A stretch of 64,000 bases of DNA from Oscillospiraceae bacterium (lineage in GTDB: Bacteria; Bacillota; Clostridia; Oscillospirales; SIG627), in contig JAYFRN010000004.1 in the NCBI GenBank assembly GCA_034925865.1, positions 3,976-67,975 of the forward strand, in the 5' to 3' direction. The notes under the pieces are model-generated. The model made no database searches. It was given only the letters and a program-made list of their open reading frames with translations, and was not told where the DNA came from. Both the position numbers and the translations under genes were made by a program. Positions 8,460 through 17,442 of the stretch are shown here, piece after piece; position 1 is the stretch's first letter, and each line of letters begins with the position of its first letter.

Positions 8460-9014
8460 TTATTTCATCACTTTCTCAAATCGGAACATCATATCGTCCC
8501 CATCTCCTTCTTGATTGCCGTCCGGATCACCGTCAGGCATATGAGAATTAGGATGATGTATATTAAAAAATTCCACTGCATGAAAGCCACACTTGTTGAT
8601 ATAGAAATGGATGTTCCGCGTTTCAAAATACGGTGTGCAGGTTTCCCACACCTCGGTTTCAGGGTGTAACTTTTCAATTTCCCGCCATGCGGCATAACCT
8701 ATACCGTGACTGTGAACTTCGGGATTGACGAAGAACAAGACCAATTCGTTATAATTCGTATTGAGATTGATTGATATAATTACGCCACCAACAATTTTTC
8801 CATCAGCTACGATTCTGTATATTTCCGCATAATCCGCGTCCATTGAGTCCTCAATTGTCTTGCGGGAAATGATTTCGCCTTCTTCTTCAAAGTGTTCGTC
8901 GCGTCTGCCGAATTCCTCGATCGCACCATACTTGAATGCGCGTTGATTATCCAAAACAAATTGCTTACGGTCGTTTTTTTCCATTGGTACGAGTTTTACT
9001 TTTGTGTTTTTCAT
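8460..9014 (-). CDS. GNAT family N-acetyltransferase
   Basis: GAAGGAGA SD. GNAT motif A-like segment VNPEVHSHGIGYAAWREIE. 184 aa. Confidence 0.8.
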   Translation of the reverse strand: MKNTKVKLVPMEKNDRKQFVLDNQRAFKYGAIEEFGRRDEHFEEEGEIISRKTIEDSMDADYAEIYRIVADGKIVGGVIISINLNTNYNELVLFFVNPEVHSHGIGYAAWREIEKLHPETEVWETCTPYFETRNIHFYINKCGFHAVEFFNIHHPNSHMPDGDPDGNQEGDGDDMMFRFEKVMK

Positions 9015-9040
9015 TTATCTTATCTCCTTCATTATCATAT

Positions 9041-9089
9041 AACAAACGCCCGGTTATGACATGACAGAAAATCATATCAAAACCGGGCG
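9041..9089 (-). terminator. Terminator-like hairpin inside the 5' leader of the GNAT gene (attenuator candidate)
   Basis: On the minus strand, CGCCCGGTT...AACCGGGCG is followed by TTTGTT, about 25 nt before the SD. Confidence 0.45.
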
Positions 9090-9273
9090 CACCCGACATC
9101 TTATCCGACAGGCGGCCTGCAAGCGTATCGCTTACGATCCCCTACACTACGGTGTACTGTCCTCCGATGGCAAATATTCAGTTTACACATACAGAATAAC
9201 ATAAAAGCTGAGAAAATTCAATCGGTTCAATATGGATTCACATCACATGTTTTGCGTTTTTGTTTATATATTG

Positions 9274-9302
9274 TTGATTTTCTGTCGAATGTATTATATA
9301 AT
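9274..9302 (+). promoter_or_regulatory. SigA-type promoter for the serine hydrolase-pyrKD unit
   Basis: TTGATT, 17-nt spacer, TATAAT. Confidence 0.5.
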
Positions 9303-9450
9303 AATAACTGTTTATATGAAAAGAAGATTCGGATTAAAGGGTAAATCCTATAAATCAAATTATTTCTAATCGTCACGATTAAAAACCACAATTTCGGCAA
9401 GCCGAAGCTGCCATAAAAGATAGCGGTTCGGCGGAAAGGCATGGCCATAA

Positions 9451-10578
9451 ATGTTCGAAAATACAGAAAATATTATATATAAAGCCGTCGGACGCTTTGA
9501 TGTACCATGTGCCGTTGCTGCTTTCGGAAACAGAAACGGCGATTTTTATAAAAAGGCCTTTGGATACAGACGCGTATACCCGGATAACATTAAACCGACC
9601 GGTATTACACCTCCCGGAATTTTTCCGGAATCAATAAAATGCGAAACTGATACGCTATTTGACCTTGCCTCTCTTTCAAAGCTTGTTTCAACGACCATGA
9701 TAGCGCTTAAGCTAATTGAAGAAGGCACACTATGCCTGACCGACTCGATCGGTTTCTTTTTTCCGTCTGCACCTGACGATAAAAGAAATATTACAATAAA
9801 ACAGCTGATGACCCACACAAGCGGGATAAAAGCCCATTTTCATCTTGAGAAAGTAATTAAAAAGCCTGTCCCAGATGACCGTGATATAATTAATTCGATA
9901 TTGAATATGCCTCTTGTTCATGCACCGGGCGAAATAGTTGAATATACCTGCATGGGGTATATTCTGCTTGGCAAGATACTTGAATTAATTACCGGAAAAA
10001 CCCTTGATATGCTTGCGTATAAATACGTGTTTGAACCGCTTGGGATGAATCACACAGGGTATAACCCAAAGAAAGACACCCGGCTTTTGGGAATGAATTC
10101 GGCGGTGACTGAATACAATGAGAGCTGTAACGGTTATATCGAAGGCATAGTACATGACGAAAACGCAAGATATCAAGGCGGTGTTTCCGCAAATGCCGGT
10201 GTATTTTCAACAGTAGATGATCTTATTAAATTTGCAGTAATGCTTTCAAACAGAGGCAAATATTCAAATAAAATATATTTGAACAAAAGAACCTTTGAGC
10301 TTGCGATTACCGATCATACGCCGCAAAAAGGGGATTCGCGCGGGCTTGGCTTTGAGCTTTACGACGGTGGATTATTTCCTACCGGTGATCTTTTTTCTCC
10401 GCTGTCTTACGGCCATAACGGCTTTACCGGCACGTCGCTGTATGTTGACAGGGAAACAGGATTTTTTATGATATTTTTAACTAACCGAGTGCACTTTACG
10501 CGCGAATCCTCCGCTCTTTACAGACTCAGAAGAGCCGTGGCTAATTCCGCTATATCCGAATATCTGAGAGGAATGTGA
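9451..10578 (+). CDS. Serine hydrolase, beta-lactamase/transpeptidase-like family
   Basis: SxxK motif (LASLSKLV). Length and overall pattern fit class C beta-lactamase-related esterases. Confidence 0.8.
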   Translation: MFENTENIIYKAVGRFDVPCAVAAFGNRNGDFYKKAFGYRRVYPDNIKPTGITPPGIFPESIKCETDTLFDLASLSKLVSTTMIALKLIEEGTLCLTDSIGFFFPSAPDDKRNITIKQLMTHTSGIKAHFHLEKVIKKPVPDDRDIINSILNMPLVHAPGEIVEYTCMGYILLGKILELITGKTLDMLAYKYVFEPLGMNHTGYNPKKDTRLLGMNSAVTEYNESCNGYIEGIVHDENARYQGGVSANAGVFSTVDDLIKFAVMLSNRGKYSNKIYLNKRTFELAITDHTPQKGDSRGLGFELYDGGLFPTGDLFSPLSYGHNGFTGTSLYVDRETGFFMIFLTNRVHFTRESSALYRLRRAVANSAISEYLRGM

Positions 10579-10579
10579 T

Positions 10580-11353
10580 ATGAACAGCAAGACCCTAATC
10601 CAAAAACGCGAAAGAATTTCCGACAGCTGCTATTCGTTTACATTATATGCGCCTGATATAGCAAAAAAATGCGAACCGGGCCAAATTATACATGTGGACT
10701 GCGGAGGCGATACCTTTTTAAGACGTCCGTTTGGTATATGTGAAGCTTCTCGCACGGAAGGAACGATCAGATTCTGTTATGAGATCAGAGGAAAAGGTAC
10801 AAATCTTCTATCGGAAATGAAGGAAGGCGAAGAGCTTGATATCCTCGGCGCATTCGGAAACGGTTTTCCTGCTGCAAAGGGAAGACGCATCCTCCTTGTA
10901 GGTGGCGGAATCGGTATTTTTCCGCTGTTGTTTTGCGCAGAAAGTTCGCCTGAAAGCTGTGACACAATTCTTGCGTTCAGATGCTGTTCGAAAATATGCC
11001 TTGAAGAAGATTTTAGAAAATACTGTCGCAATGTATATTTATGCACTGATGACGGTTCGGCCGGATATAAAGGTTATGCCGCTCAGCTTCTGAGTGAGCT
11101 TAATATAAAAAAGCAGTATGACGTCGTATATGTATGCGGGCCGATGAAAATGATGAAGACTGTTGCGGAGGTCTGCATTAAAGCAAACATTGAATGCTTT
11201 GTCAGCCTTGAGGAAAGAATGGGCTGCGGAGTGGGCGCGTGTCTTGGCTGTGCATTTAGAACAATTATGCCCGATGGAAGCAGGGGCTACAAACGTGTAT
11301 GTGTCGACGGACCGGTATTCAATGCGTCGGAGGTTGATTGGAGTGAAATCTGA
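10580..11353 (+). CDS. pyrK: Dihydroorotate dehydrogenase B electron-transfer subunit
   Basis: FAD/NAD-binding pattern and a C-terminal 2Fe-2S cysteine cluster CGVGACLGCA...C. Directly followed by pyrD. Confidence 0.85.
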   Translation: MNSKTLIQKRERISDSCYSFTLYAPDIAKKCEPGQIIHVDCGGDTFLRRPFGICEASRTEGTIRFCYEIRGKGTNLLSEMKEGEELDILGAFGNGFPAAKGRRILLVGGGIGIFPLLFCAESSPESCDTILAFRCCSKICLEEDFRKYCRNVYLCTDDGSAGYKGYAAQLLSELNIKKQYDVVYVCGPMKMMKTVAEVCIKANIECFVSLEERMGCGVGACLGCAFRTIMPDGSRGYKRVCVDGPVFNASEVDWSEI

Positions 11354-11354
11354 T

Positions 11355-12263
11355 ATGGATATGAGTGTGACCATTGCGGGAGTGAAGCTTAAGAATCCCG
11401 TTGTTACGGCGTCGGGAACATGCGGTTTTGGAGAAGAATATCTTGATTATTATAAACCGGAAGAACTGGGAGCTATCGCGGTAAAAGGGCTTACGTTGCT
11501 GCCGCGTGAAGGAAATCCTCCTCCGCGAATTGCGGAAACTCCGTCCGGAATGCTCAACAGCATAGGCTTGCAGAATCCGGGAGTGGAAATGTTTGTTAAA
11601 AAGCATCTCCCTCGTCTGAAGGAAAGGGGCGCGACCGTAATTGCGAATATTGCGGGTTCATCTGCGGATGATTACGCGCGTATGACGGAGATATTGTCTG
11701 ATACAGATGTGGATTTTATCGAAATGAATATATCATGCCCTAATGTAAAACAAGGCGGAGTGCATTTCGGTACAGATCCGAGGATTGCCGAGGAGGTTGT
11801 CAAAGCGGCGCGTTTAAAATCGAAGAAACCTCTGATCGTAAAGCTGTCTCCGAACGTTGCGGATATAACCGAAATTGCACGCGCTGCGGAAGCGGCCGGA
11901 GCCGATTGCCTTTCAATGATAAATACGCTTCTTGGTATGCGGATAGATATTGAAACGCGCCGTCCGATACTAAAAAACAATGTCGGAGGGCTGTCGGGCG
12001 CTTGCGTAAAGCCTATCGCCGTAAGAATGATATGGCAGGTAAGAAGGATCACCTCTCTGCCGATTATCGGGATGGGCGGCGTATGTACGGCGTCTGATGC
12101 CATTGAGCTGATGATTGCTGGAGCCAACGCAATCGCAATCGGAAGCGCGGCTTTTAAAAAGCCTGACACACCCAGAGCAGTTATCAAGGGAATAGCGGAC
12201 TATATGAAGTTAAAAAGCATTCGTGACATATCTGATATTTCAGGATCAATAATAACATATTAA
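11355..12263 (+). CDS. pyrD: Dihydroorotate dehydrogenase B catalytic subunit
   Basis: MDMSVTIAGVKLKNPVVTASGTCGFG start. Class 1B DHODH motifs (IEMNISCPN, GGLSG). ATG at 11355 lies 1 nt after the pyrK stop. Confidence 0.9.
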   Translation: MDMSVTIAGVKLKNPVVTASGTCGFGEEYLDYYKPEELGAIAVKGLTLLPREGNPPPRIAETPSGMLNSIGLQNPGVEMFVKKHLPRLKERGATVIANIAGSSADDYARMTEILSDTDVDFIEMNISCPNVKQGGVHFGTDPRIAEEVVKAARLKSKKPLIVKLSPNVADITEIARAAEAAGADCLSMINTLLGMRIDIETRRPILKNNVGGLSGACVKPIAVRMIWQVRRITSLPIIGMGGVCTASDAIELMIAGANAIAIGSAAFKKPDTPRAVIKGIADYMKLKSIRDISDISGSIITY

Positions 12264-12432
12264 TTTAGGTATAGGTTGCCTTTATAATAAAGCTTATTAA
12301 TCGGATTTTCTTATCTTCGACAGCCATGTCCCGTTTTACCTCGCTTTAATTATATGTGGATGATTACAAACACAAACTTCTTTTAAAAAAGGGATAAGCA
12401 TATTAAATATTTACTGTAAGCATCGACAATGC

Positions 12433-12461
12433 TTGACAATTTGTTACAAATATGTTAAAAT
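12433..12461 (+). promoter_or_regulatory. Strong SigA-type promoter at the head of the glycan locus
   Basis: TTGACA, 17-nt spacer, TAAAAT, with an extended -10 TGT. Confidence 0.55.
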
Positions 12462-12514
12462 TTAAAAAATGAAGCGCTTTACTTATATTTTGCGTATATT
12501 GCGCAGAGGAAAAA

Positions 12515-13894
12515 ATGAACACCGACAATAACAATAAAGAGAACGGTAATAAAAACAAGCGGGAAGAAGAGCCTAAAAACAATGATTTAAATATAAAGCT
12601 TTCCGATAAAACCGCTCCTGATAAAAAAAGAATCAATGCAAAATGGAAAAAAGCCGCAGGAATCGTGTTAACGGTAATTGCTATCATGATAGTTTCAGCG
12701 CTTGCGGTTACAGTTATTGCGCTGTATATCGCGTATAACAAAGTATATACTGAGGTTCCGATTCAGGAACGGACAGGAGATTACATTCCTCCTGTCCTTG
12801 ATACCGACAAACTTCACGATATCAGCGAAATTATCGGCGAAGGTGAAATACCTCCGATGTCAATTGATCCGGTTATTACCGATACGCCACCTGTGCAGAC
12901 AACATCAGGTAATAATGATACTGAACCAAATGATGATATAACGCCTGAAAATAATAACACTACTGGCAAAAATTCCGACGTTTCCACTGGCGGTTCATCC
13001 GGTGTTTCCACTGGCGGTTCATCCGGCGGATCTTCAGATGTAGAGCCAGTGCGGGTAAGATATGATAAATATGTCGAGCCAAAAGGTACAAAGACAACTA
13101 TATATAAAGTTGCGCAAAAGGATCCCAATGTACTGAATATTATTTTATTGGGACGCGATGCCCGTGATCCGCTTCACGACAGAGGACGCACGGATGCGAT
13201 GATGATTGTCAGTTATAATAAGAAAACAAAAGATATAAAAGTAACATCGCTTTTGCGCGACACGCTTGTCCCGATCGAAGGGTGGCATTGGAACAGAATA
13301 AATGCGGCATATTTCTTCGGCGGCACAGGCCTTTGCATTAATACCGTAAACGACGTCTACGATATGGATATACAGAATTATGTAACCGTAACCTTTGACA
13401 GCGTTGAAGGTATAATCGACCTTCTCGGCGGAATAGAAATAGAAATTACAAAGAAAGAAGCTGAATGGGGAGGTTGGGGAATATTTACTTCACAGATCCA
13501 TGAAGGAAAATGTCTTATTACCGGCGCATGCGCGAGAGCGTATATGCAAAACCGTTCGATTGGCAAAACCGATTTTGCCCGCACCAACAGACAAAAGATT
13601 GTACTGGAAGCGCTATTTCATAGGTTTGTAACAATAAAAAGTATTTCCGAATTTTCCGATGTAATAAACTATATCCTGAACATGGTGCAGACAAATATGA
13701 AACTCGATACCATACTGTCCCTTGCGTCAAGCATACTTTCCAACGGGATAAAAAATTTCGAATATGCTTATCTTCCTTATGAAGGTAACTATAAATCTCA
13801 ATATTACGACACCGGAAAAGCAAAGCTCATGATACTTATGACCGACCTCGATAAAAGCACTAGATATCTGCATAATTTTATTTATAATTACTGA
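12515..13894 (+). CDS. LytR-CpsA-Psr (LCP) family glycopolymer ligase
   Basis: N-terminal TM helix, a low-complexity linker, and the LCP core LLGRDAR...RTDAMMIVS...RDT. Confidence 0.85.
   Translation: MNTDNNNKENGNKNKREEEPKNNDLNIKLSDKTAPDKKRINAKWKKAAGIVLTVIAIMIVSALAVTVIALYIAYNKVYTEVPIQERTGDYIPPVLDTDKLHDISEIIGEGEIPPMSIDPVITDTPPVQTTSGNNDTEPNDDITPENNNTTGKNSDVSTGGSSGVSTGGSSGGSSDVEPVRVRYDKYVEPKGTKTTIYKVAQKDPNVLNIILLGRDARDPLHDRGRTDAMMIVSYNKKTKDIKVTSLLRDTLVPIEGWHWNRINAAYFFGGTGLCINTVNDVYDMDIQNYVTVTFDSVEGIIDLLGGIEIEITKKEAEWGGWGIFTSQIHEGKCLITGACARAYMQNRSIGKTDFARTNRQKIVLEALFHRFVTIKSISEFSDVINYILNMVQTNMKLDTILSLASSILSNGIKNFEYAYLPYEGNYKSQYYDTGKAKLMILMTDLDKSTRYLHNFIYNY
12980..13027 (+). repeat. 24-bp tandem duplication in the LCP linker
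   Basis: GTTTCCACTGGCGGTTCATCCGG(T/C) occurs twice in tandem, giving VSTGGSSG twice. Confidence 0.9.
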
Positions 13895-13942
13895 AATCCT
13901 GTTGTGGGTTTCGCAATACTACGTTAAAACGAAGGTAACCTT

Positions 13943-15253
13943 TTGACAGCTTCATTTGAAAAAATGCTGAGACTGTTCGCGCTTTCCGCGTGTACCGGAG
14001 ACGCGGATGGATATCCTGACGATTTTATACCGGATATCAATGAGATTAAAACAGTTCTTACGCTCGCGGACGAGCAAACTGTCGGCCGTAATGTACGCGC
14101 CGCTCTTCTTCTTCTTTCTGCGGCCGGACGTGCTCCGGCGGTTACGGAAAACGATCGCGTGGTATGGAAAGCACTTATAAAAACCGATATATTCGCTAAA
14201 CTTAAACATGAAGATGGGCAAACCGCCGTTCTAAAAGCTCTGAAAGCAAAGGGAATTCAAGCCGTAACGCTAAAAGGCACGGCGGCCGCCAGGTTCTATA
14301 AGGTTCCGGAATACCGTTTGTCTGTCGATACCGATATATATGTCGTCCATGAAGACGAAGAAAGCGCGTTATGTGTATTTCGCTCCCTGGGCTTTCAAGT
14401 CGCTCCGCGAACACTGTTTTCAAACCATTCTTCCTGCCGCAGTCCGGAATACGGCGAATATGAGCTTCACACATCGTTTTACGCGGATATAATAAGAAAT
14501 AATGTGCTTTGCCGTGAAAATGAGTCGGATGCTGTCAGAGAGCCTTTTGATGAATACGAGGTTTATGGCGCGAAACGCCTGTCACTCGGCCCCACCGACG
14601 CGGTATGCTATATGTTCGCGCATTTTGCCGGTCATTTTGTAAATTCAGGCGCTTCGATAAGACAGATATGTGATATATTGCTGCATATCAGATATGAGAG
14701 ACGACGCATAGATTTCCAAAGATTTCTGACATCACTTGACAGATGGGGCTTTCGCAGCTTGTATGATGTAATATGCTCGTTGGGGATACATTATCTTAGC
14801 TTTTCTCTTGATGAGCTTCCTGGTTGCTCGGCGGTATCCGCCGATGTTTTTGATATGTTCATATATGACCTTGAAGAAGGCGGCTGGATAGGTAAAAAGC
14901 GTGAAAACAGCGGTGAAGCTTTAAGATATTTCGGTCTTGCACGGGCGGGAGACAGGAAAGCATATTTAAAGGAATTAAAAAAATATCAAAAAAGCAGAAT
15001 TGCCGCCGCAATATTTCCGCCCAAAGAACGAATAGCGGCAAAATTTTCTTTCATTAAAAAAAGCGCTCTGCTGTTACCTGTCGGATGGGTCTGTTGGTTG
15101 TTTTATGGATTGGCTTTGATGAAAAAAGGCGAGCTGAGCTGTTCTGCTCCGGACAGCGCGAGAGAAGCAGACGAAGTAATCCGCAGACGCATTATGTTAT
15201 TCGAATCGCTCATGATGATAAAAGAAAGGGCAGAACATGACTCAGAAAATTAA
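13943..15253 (+). CDS. Uncharacterised nucleotidyltransferase-like protein (NTP_transf_5-like impression)
   Basis: TTG start 6 nt after GAAGGT. The segment LKGTAAARFYKVPEYRLSVDTDIYV resembles the uncharacterised nucleotidyltransferase family. A C-terminal TM helix is present. Confidence 0.5.
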   Translation: MTASFEKMLRLFALSACTGDADGYPDDFIPDINEIKTVLTLADEQTVGRNVRAALLLLSAAGRAPAVTENDRVVWKALIKTDIFAKLKHEDGQTAVLKALKAKGIQAVTLKGTAAARFYKVPEYRLSVDTDIYVVHEDEESALCVFRSLGFQVAPRTLFSNHSSCRSPEYGEYELHTSFYADIIRNNVLCRENESDAVREPFDEYEVYGAKRLSLGPTDAVCYMFAHFAGHFVNSGASIRQICDILLHIRYERRRIDFQRFLTSLDRWGFRSLYDVICSLGIHYLSFSLDELPGCSAVSADVFDMFIYDLEEGGWIGKKRENSGEALRYFGLARAGDRKAYLKELKKYQKSRIAAAIFPPKERIAAKFSFIKKSALLLPVGWVCWLFYGLALMKKGELSCSAPDSAREADEVIRRRIMLFESLMMIKERAEHDSEN

Positions 15254-15989
15254 TTTCACCATGATTTTCAAATTGCTTTTCAAAAACATTTGGATTATTC
15301 TGTTGTTTGCGGTATTGGGAGCGGAATTTACTTATTTTACTACCGAATATAATAAAATTCCCATTTATACCGCGAAGGCCACTATGTATGTTGCAAACGC
15401 CAATTATTCGTCTACTGACGGTAAATGGTATTTTTCTACCGGTGAGTTTTATGCCGCAAAAGAGCTTGTCAATCTATATACACAGCTGGTAAAAAGCTCA
15501 AAGGTTTGTGAAGAAGTAGCGGAAAAGCTTGATAATAAATATTCAGCGGATTATATCCGAGGTTCTCTTTCCATATCATCTTTAAGCGAAACCTCCATAA
15601 TGGTCATTTATTCAACAACAACAAATATGCAGACCTCTGTCGATATTTGCAACGCTGTTTTGGATGCCGCTCCTGAAGTTTTTACCTCGGTGGTTAAATT
15701 CGGATATTGTGAGCCTGTAGATAATGCTTATATGCCGAAATATCCGGTACAGTCCAATCCGAGATCGCTTCGGAATACTTTTGTCAGTGGATTTATGGGT
15801 GTTGCTGTAGCAATCGCTTTAATATTATTAATATATATGTTAGACAACAGGATAAAAGGCACATCAGATATTAAGGATAATTATCAGGTCGCAATTCTCG
15901 GCGAAATTCCTAATTTTTCATTAAAATCCGACGAAAGGTATTCAAATTATGGCTCGTCAAAGGAAAAGGGACAGAGAAGAGGATATTAA
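15237..15989 (+). CDS. Wzz/CpsC-type chain-length determinant (BY-kinase transmembrane modulator)
   Basis: Two TM helices flank a ~150-aa loop. It lies directly upstream of, and overlaps, the BY-kinase gene. Confidence 0.75.
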   Translation: MTQKINFTMIFKLLFKNIWIILLFAVLGAEFTYFTTEYNKIPIYTAKATMYVANANYSSTDGKWYFSTGEFYAAKELVNLYTQLVKSSKVCEEVAEKLDNKYSADYIRGSLSISSLSETSIMVIYSTTTNMQTSVDICNAVLDAAPEVFTSVVKFGYCEPVDNAYMPKYPVQSNPRSLRNTFVSGFMGVAVAIALILLIYMLDNRIKGTSDIKDNYQVAILGEIPNFSLKSDERYSNYGSSKEKGQRRGY

Positions 15990-16683
15990 CCTTCTCAATG
16001 ACAGTTCACCGTTTCAAATTACCGAAGCATATAAGACACTACGAACAAATTTAATATTCTCATTGGCCGCGAATAAATCGGAAACAAACGACCATAAAGC
16101 AAAAATCATTGTCATAACAAGCTCAATCCCGAGCGAAGGAAAATCTACGACCTGTGCGAACCTTTCAATAGCAATGGCACAAAAAAGCGAAAAAGTACTT
16201 ATAATAGACGCTGATCTAAGAAAGCCTGTCCAAAACAAGCTTTTTGAAATTGATAACAGCCGCGGGCTTTCCGATGTTCTTATCGACGAGTGCGTGCTTG
16301 AAAATACAATATCTAAAAATGTAAGACCATTTTTGGATCTATTATCTTCCGGGACAATAGCGCCAAATCCTTCAGAGCTGCTTGGCAGCAAAGCTATGGA
16401 GCAGATGCTTAAAACTCTGTCGGAAAAGTACGATTATATTTTTATTGATTCACCTCCGATCAATATCGTTTCCGATGCGCTGGTTGCTTCTGTCAACGCT
16501 ACGGGAATTGTTATGGTTGTTCGTCCAGAAATCTGTACACATGAACACTTTAAACATGCCACCGAATCGATAAAGCTTGCCAATATCAAGCTTTTGGGAG
16601 TGGTTATGTCTAATGTCAAGGAAGATAATTTAGGATTTAAATATAAGAGAAAGTACTATAGTTATCGTAAATATAAAAATTGA
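15949..16683 (+). CDS. CpsD/CapB-type tyrosine autokinase (BY-kinase catalytic subunit)
   Basis: Walker A SSIPSEGKST, Walker A' IIDADLR, and a C-terminal Tyr cluster KYKRKYYSYRKYKN. Confidence 0.85.
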   Translation: MARQRKRDREEDINLLNDSSPFQITEAYKTLRTNLIFSLAANKSETNDHKAKIIVITSSIPSEGKSTTCANLSIAMAQKSEKVLIIDADLRKPVQNKLFEIDNSRGLSDVLIDECVLENTISKNVRPFLDLLSSGTIAPNPSELLGSKAMEQMLKTLSEKYDYIFIDSPPINIVSDALVASVNATGIVMVVRPEICTHEHFKHATESIKLANIKLLGVVMSNVKEDNLGFKYKRKYYSYRKYKN

Positions 16684-16713
16684 TGATTATATAAAAAAGA
16701 AGGGACAATCTTC

Positions 16714-17421
16714 TTGAAAGCGGATTTTCACAGTCATATTTTGCCTTGCTTTGACGACGGAGTAATAAATACCGCCCAGACGGCGAAATATATAGCGTTA
16801 TTAAAAAAGAACGGTATTACCCATATATACTCGACCTCTCATTATATTCCGCACAGAGAGCCGGTGGATGATTTTATCTGCCGCCGCAAAGAGGCATATG
16901 CGAAATTAGTATCTGAGCTTGAATCGGATGGAAAATCGATACCGGAAATAAGACTTGGCGCCGAGGTTCATATGGAGAAAGGTATTTCTCAGAATGACAA
17001 ATTGCCTTTATTGTGTATAGAGGGAACAAATGTTATTCTGCTTGAACTGCCCTACAGGGAATACGAACCTTGGATGCTCGAGGAAATTTATAATATAGTA
17101 TTTAAATTTAAAATTCACCCGTTGATTGCGCATTTAAACAGATATTTTTCCATATATAACGATTCACAGTTGTCACAAATTTTATCAGTAAAAAATGCCG
17201 TTTATCAGTTTAACCTTGAAGCATTTGAAAGCCGCTCGTCATCCAGACGAATAATACGCCTAATATCAGGGGGATTGCCGGCAGTTTTCGGAACCGATTA
17301 TCATGGGGACATGGATGAGCTCGGTGACTTTTTTATAAATTTTGAACGTCGGACGAAAAAAAAGGACATTGCCGATATGACGGAATCAACGGAGCAAAAA
17401 GTATTGGAAGGTATGCTTTAA
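16714..17421 (+). CDS. CpsB/YwqE-type PHP-family tyrosine phosphatase
   Basis: N-terminal DFHSHILPCFDDG motif. TTG start after AGAAGGGA. Confidence 0.8.
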   Translation: MKADFHSHILPCFDDGVINTAQTAKYIALLKKNGITHIYSTSHYIPHREPVDDFICRRKEAYAKLVSELESDGKSIPEIRLGAEVHMEKGISQNDKLPLLCIEGTNVILLELPYREYEPWMLEEIYNIVFKFKIHPLIAHLNRYFSIYNDSQLSQILSVKNAVYQFNLEAFESRSSSRRIIRLISGGLPAVFGTDYHGDMDELGDFFINFERRTKKKDIADMTESTEQKVLEGML

Positions 17422-17442
17422 AAAGCGAAAGGGTATCATGTT

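Noticed and set aside
9090-9200. Assignment of the GNAT leader to a known riboswitch class (glycine, ZTP, guanidine-I/III, T-box)
   Set aside because: Only short partial resemblances were found (for example CCGCCUGUCGG versus the ZTP 3' element), without the other conserved blocks. It is kept only as an unclassified structured leader.
11163-11354. N-terminal extension of the pyrD ORF (start at 11163)
   Set aside because: The extension overlaps the 3' end of pyrK in another frame. The conserved PyrD N-terminus begins at ATG 11355, 1 nt after the pyrK stop.
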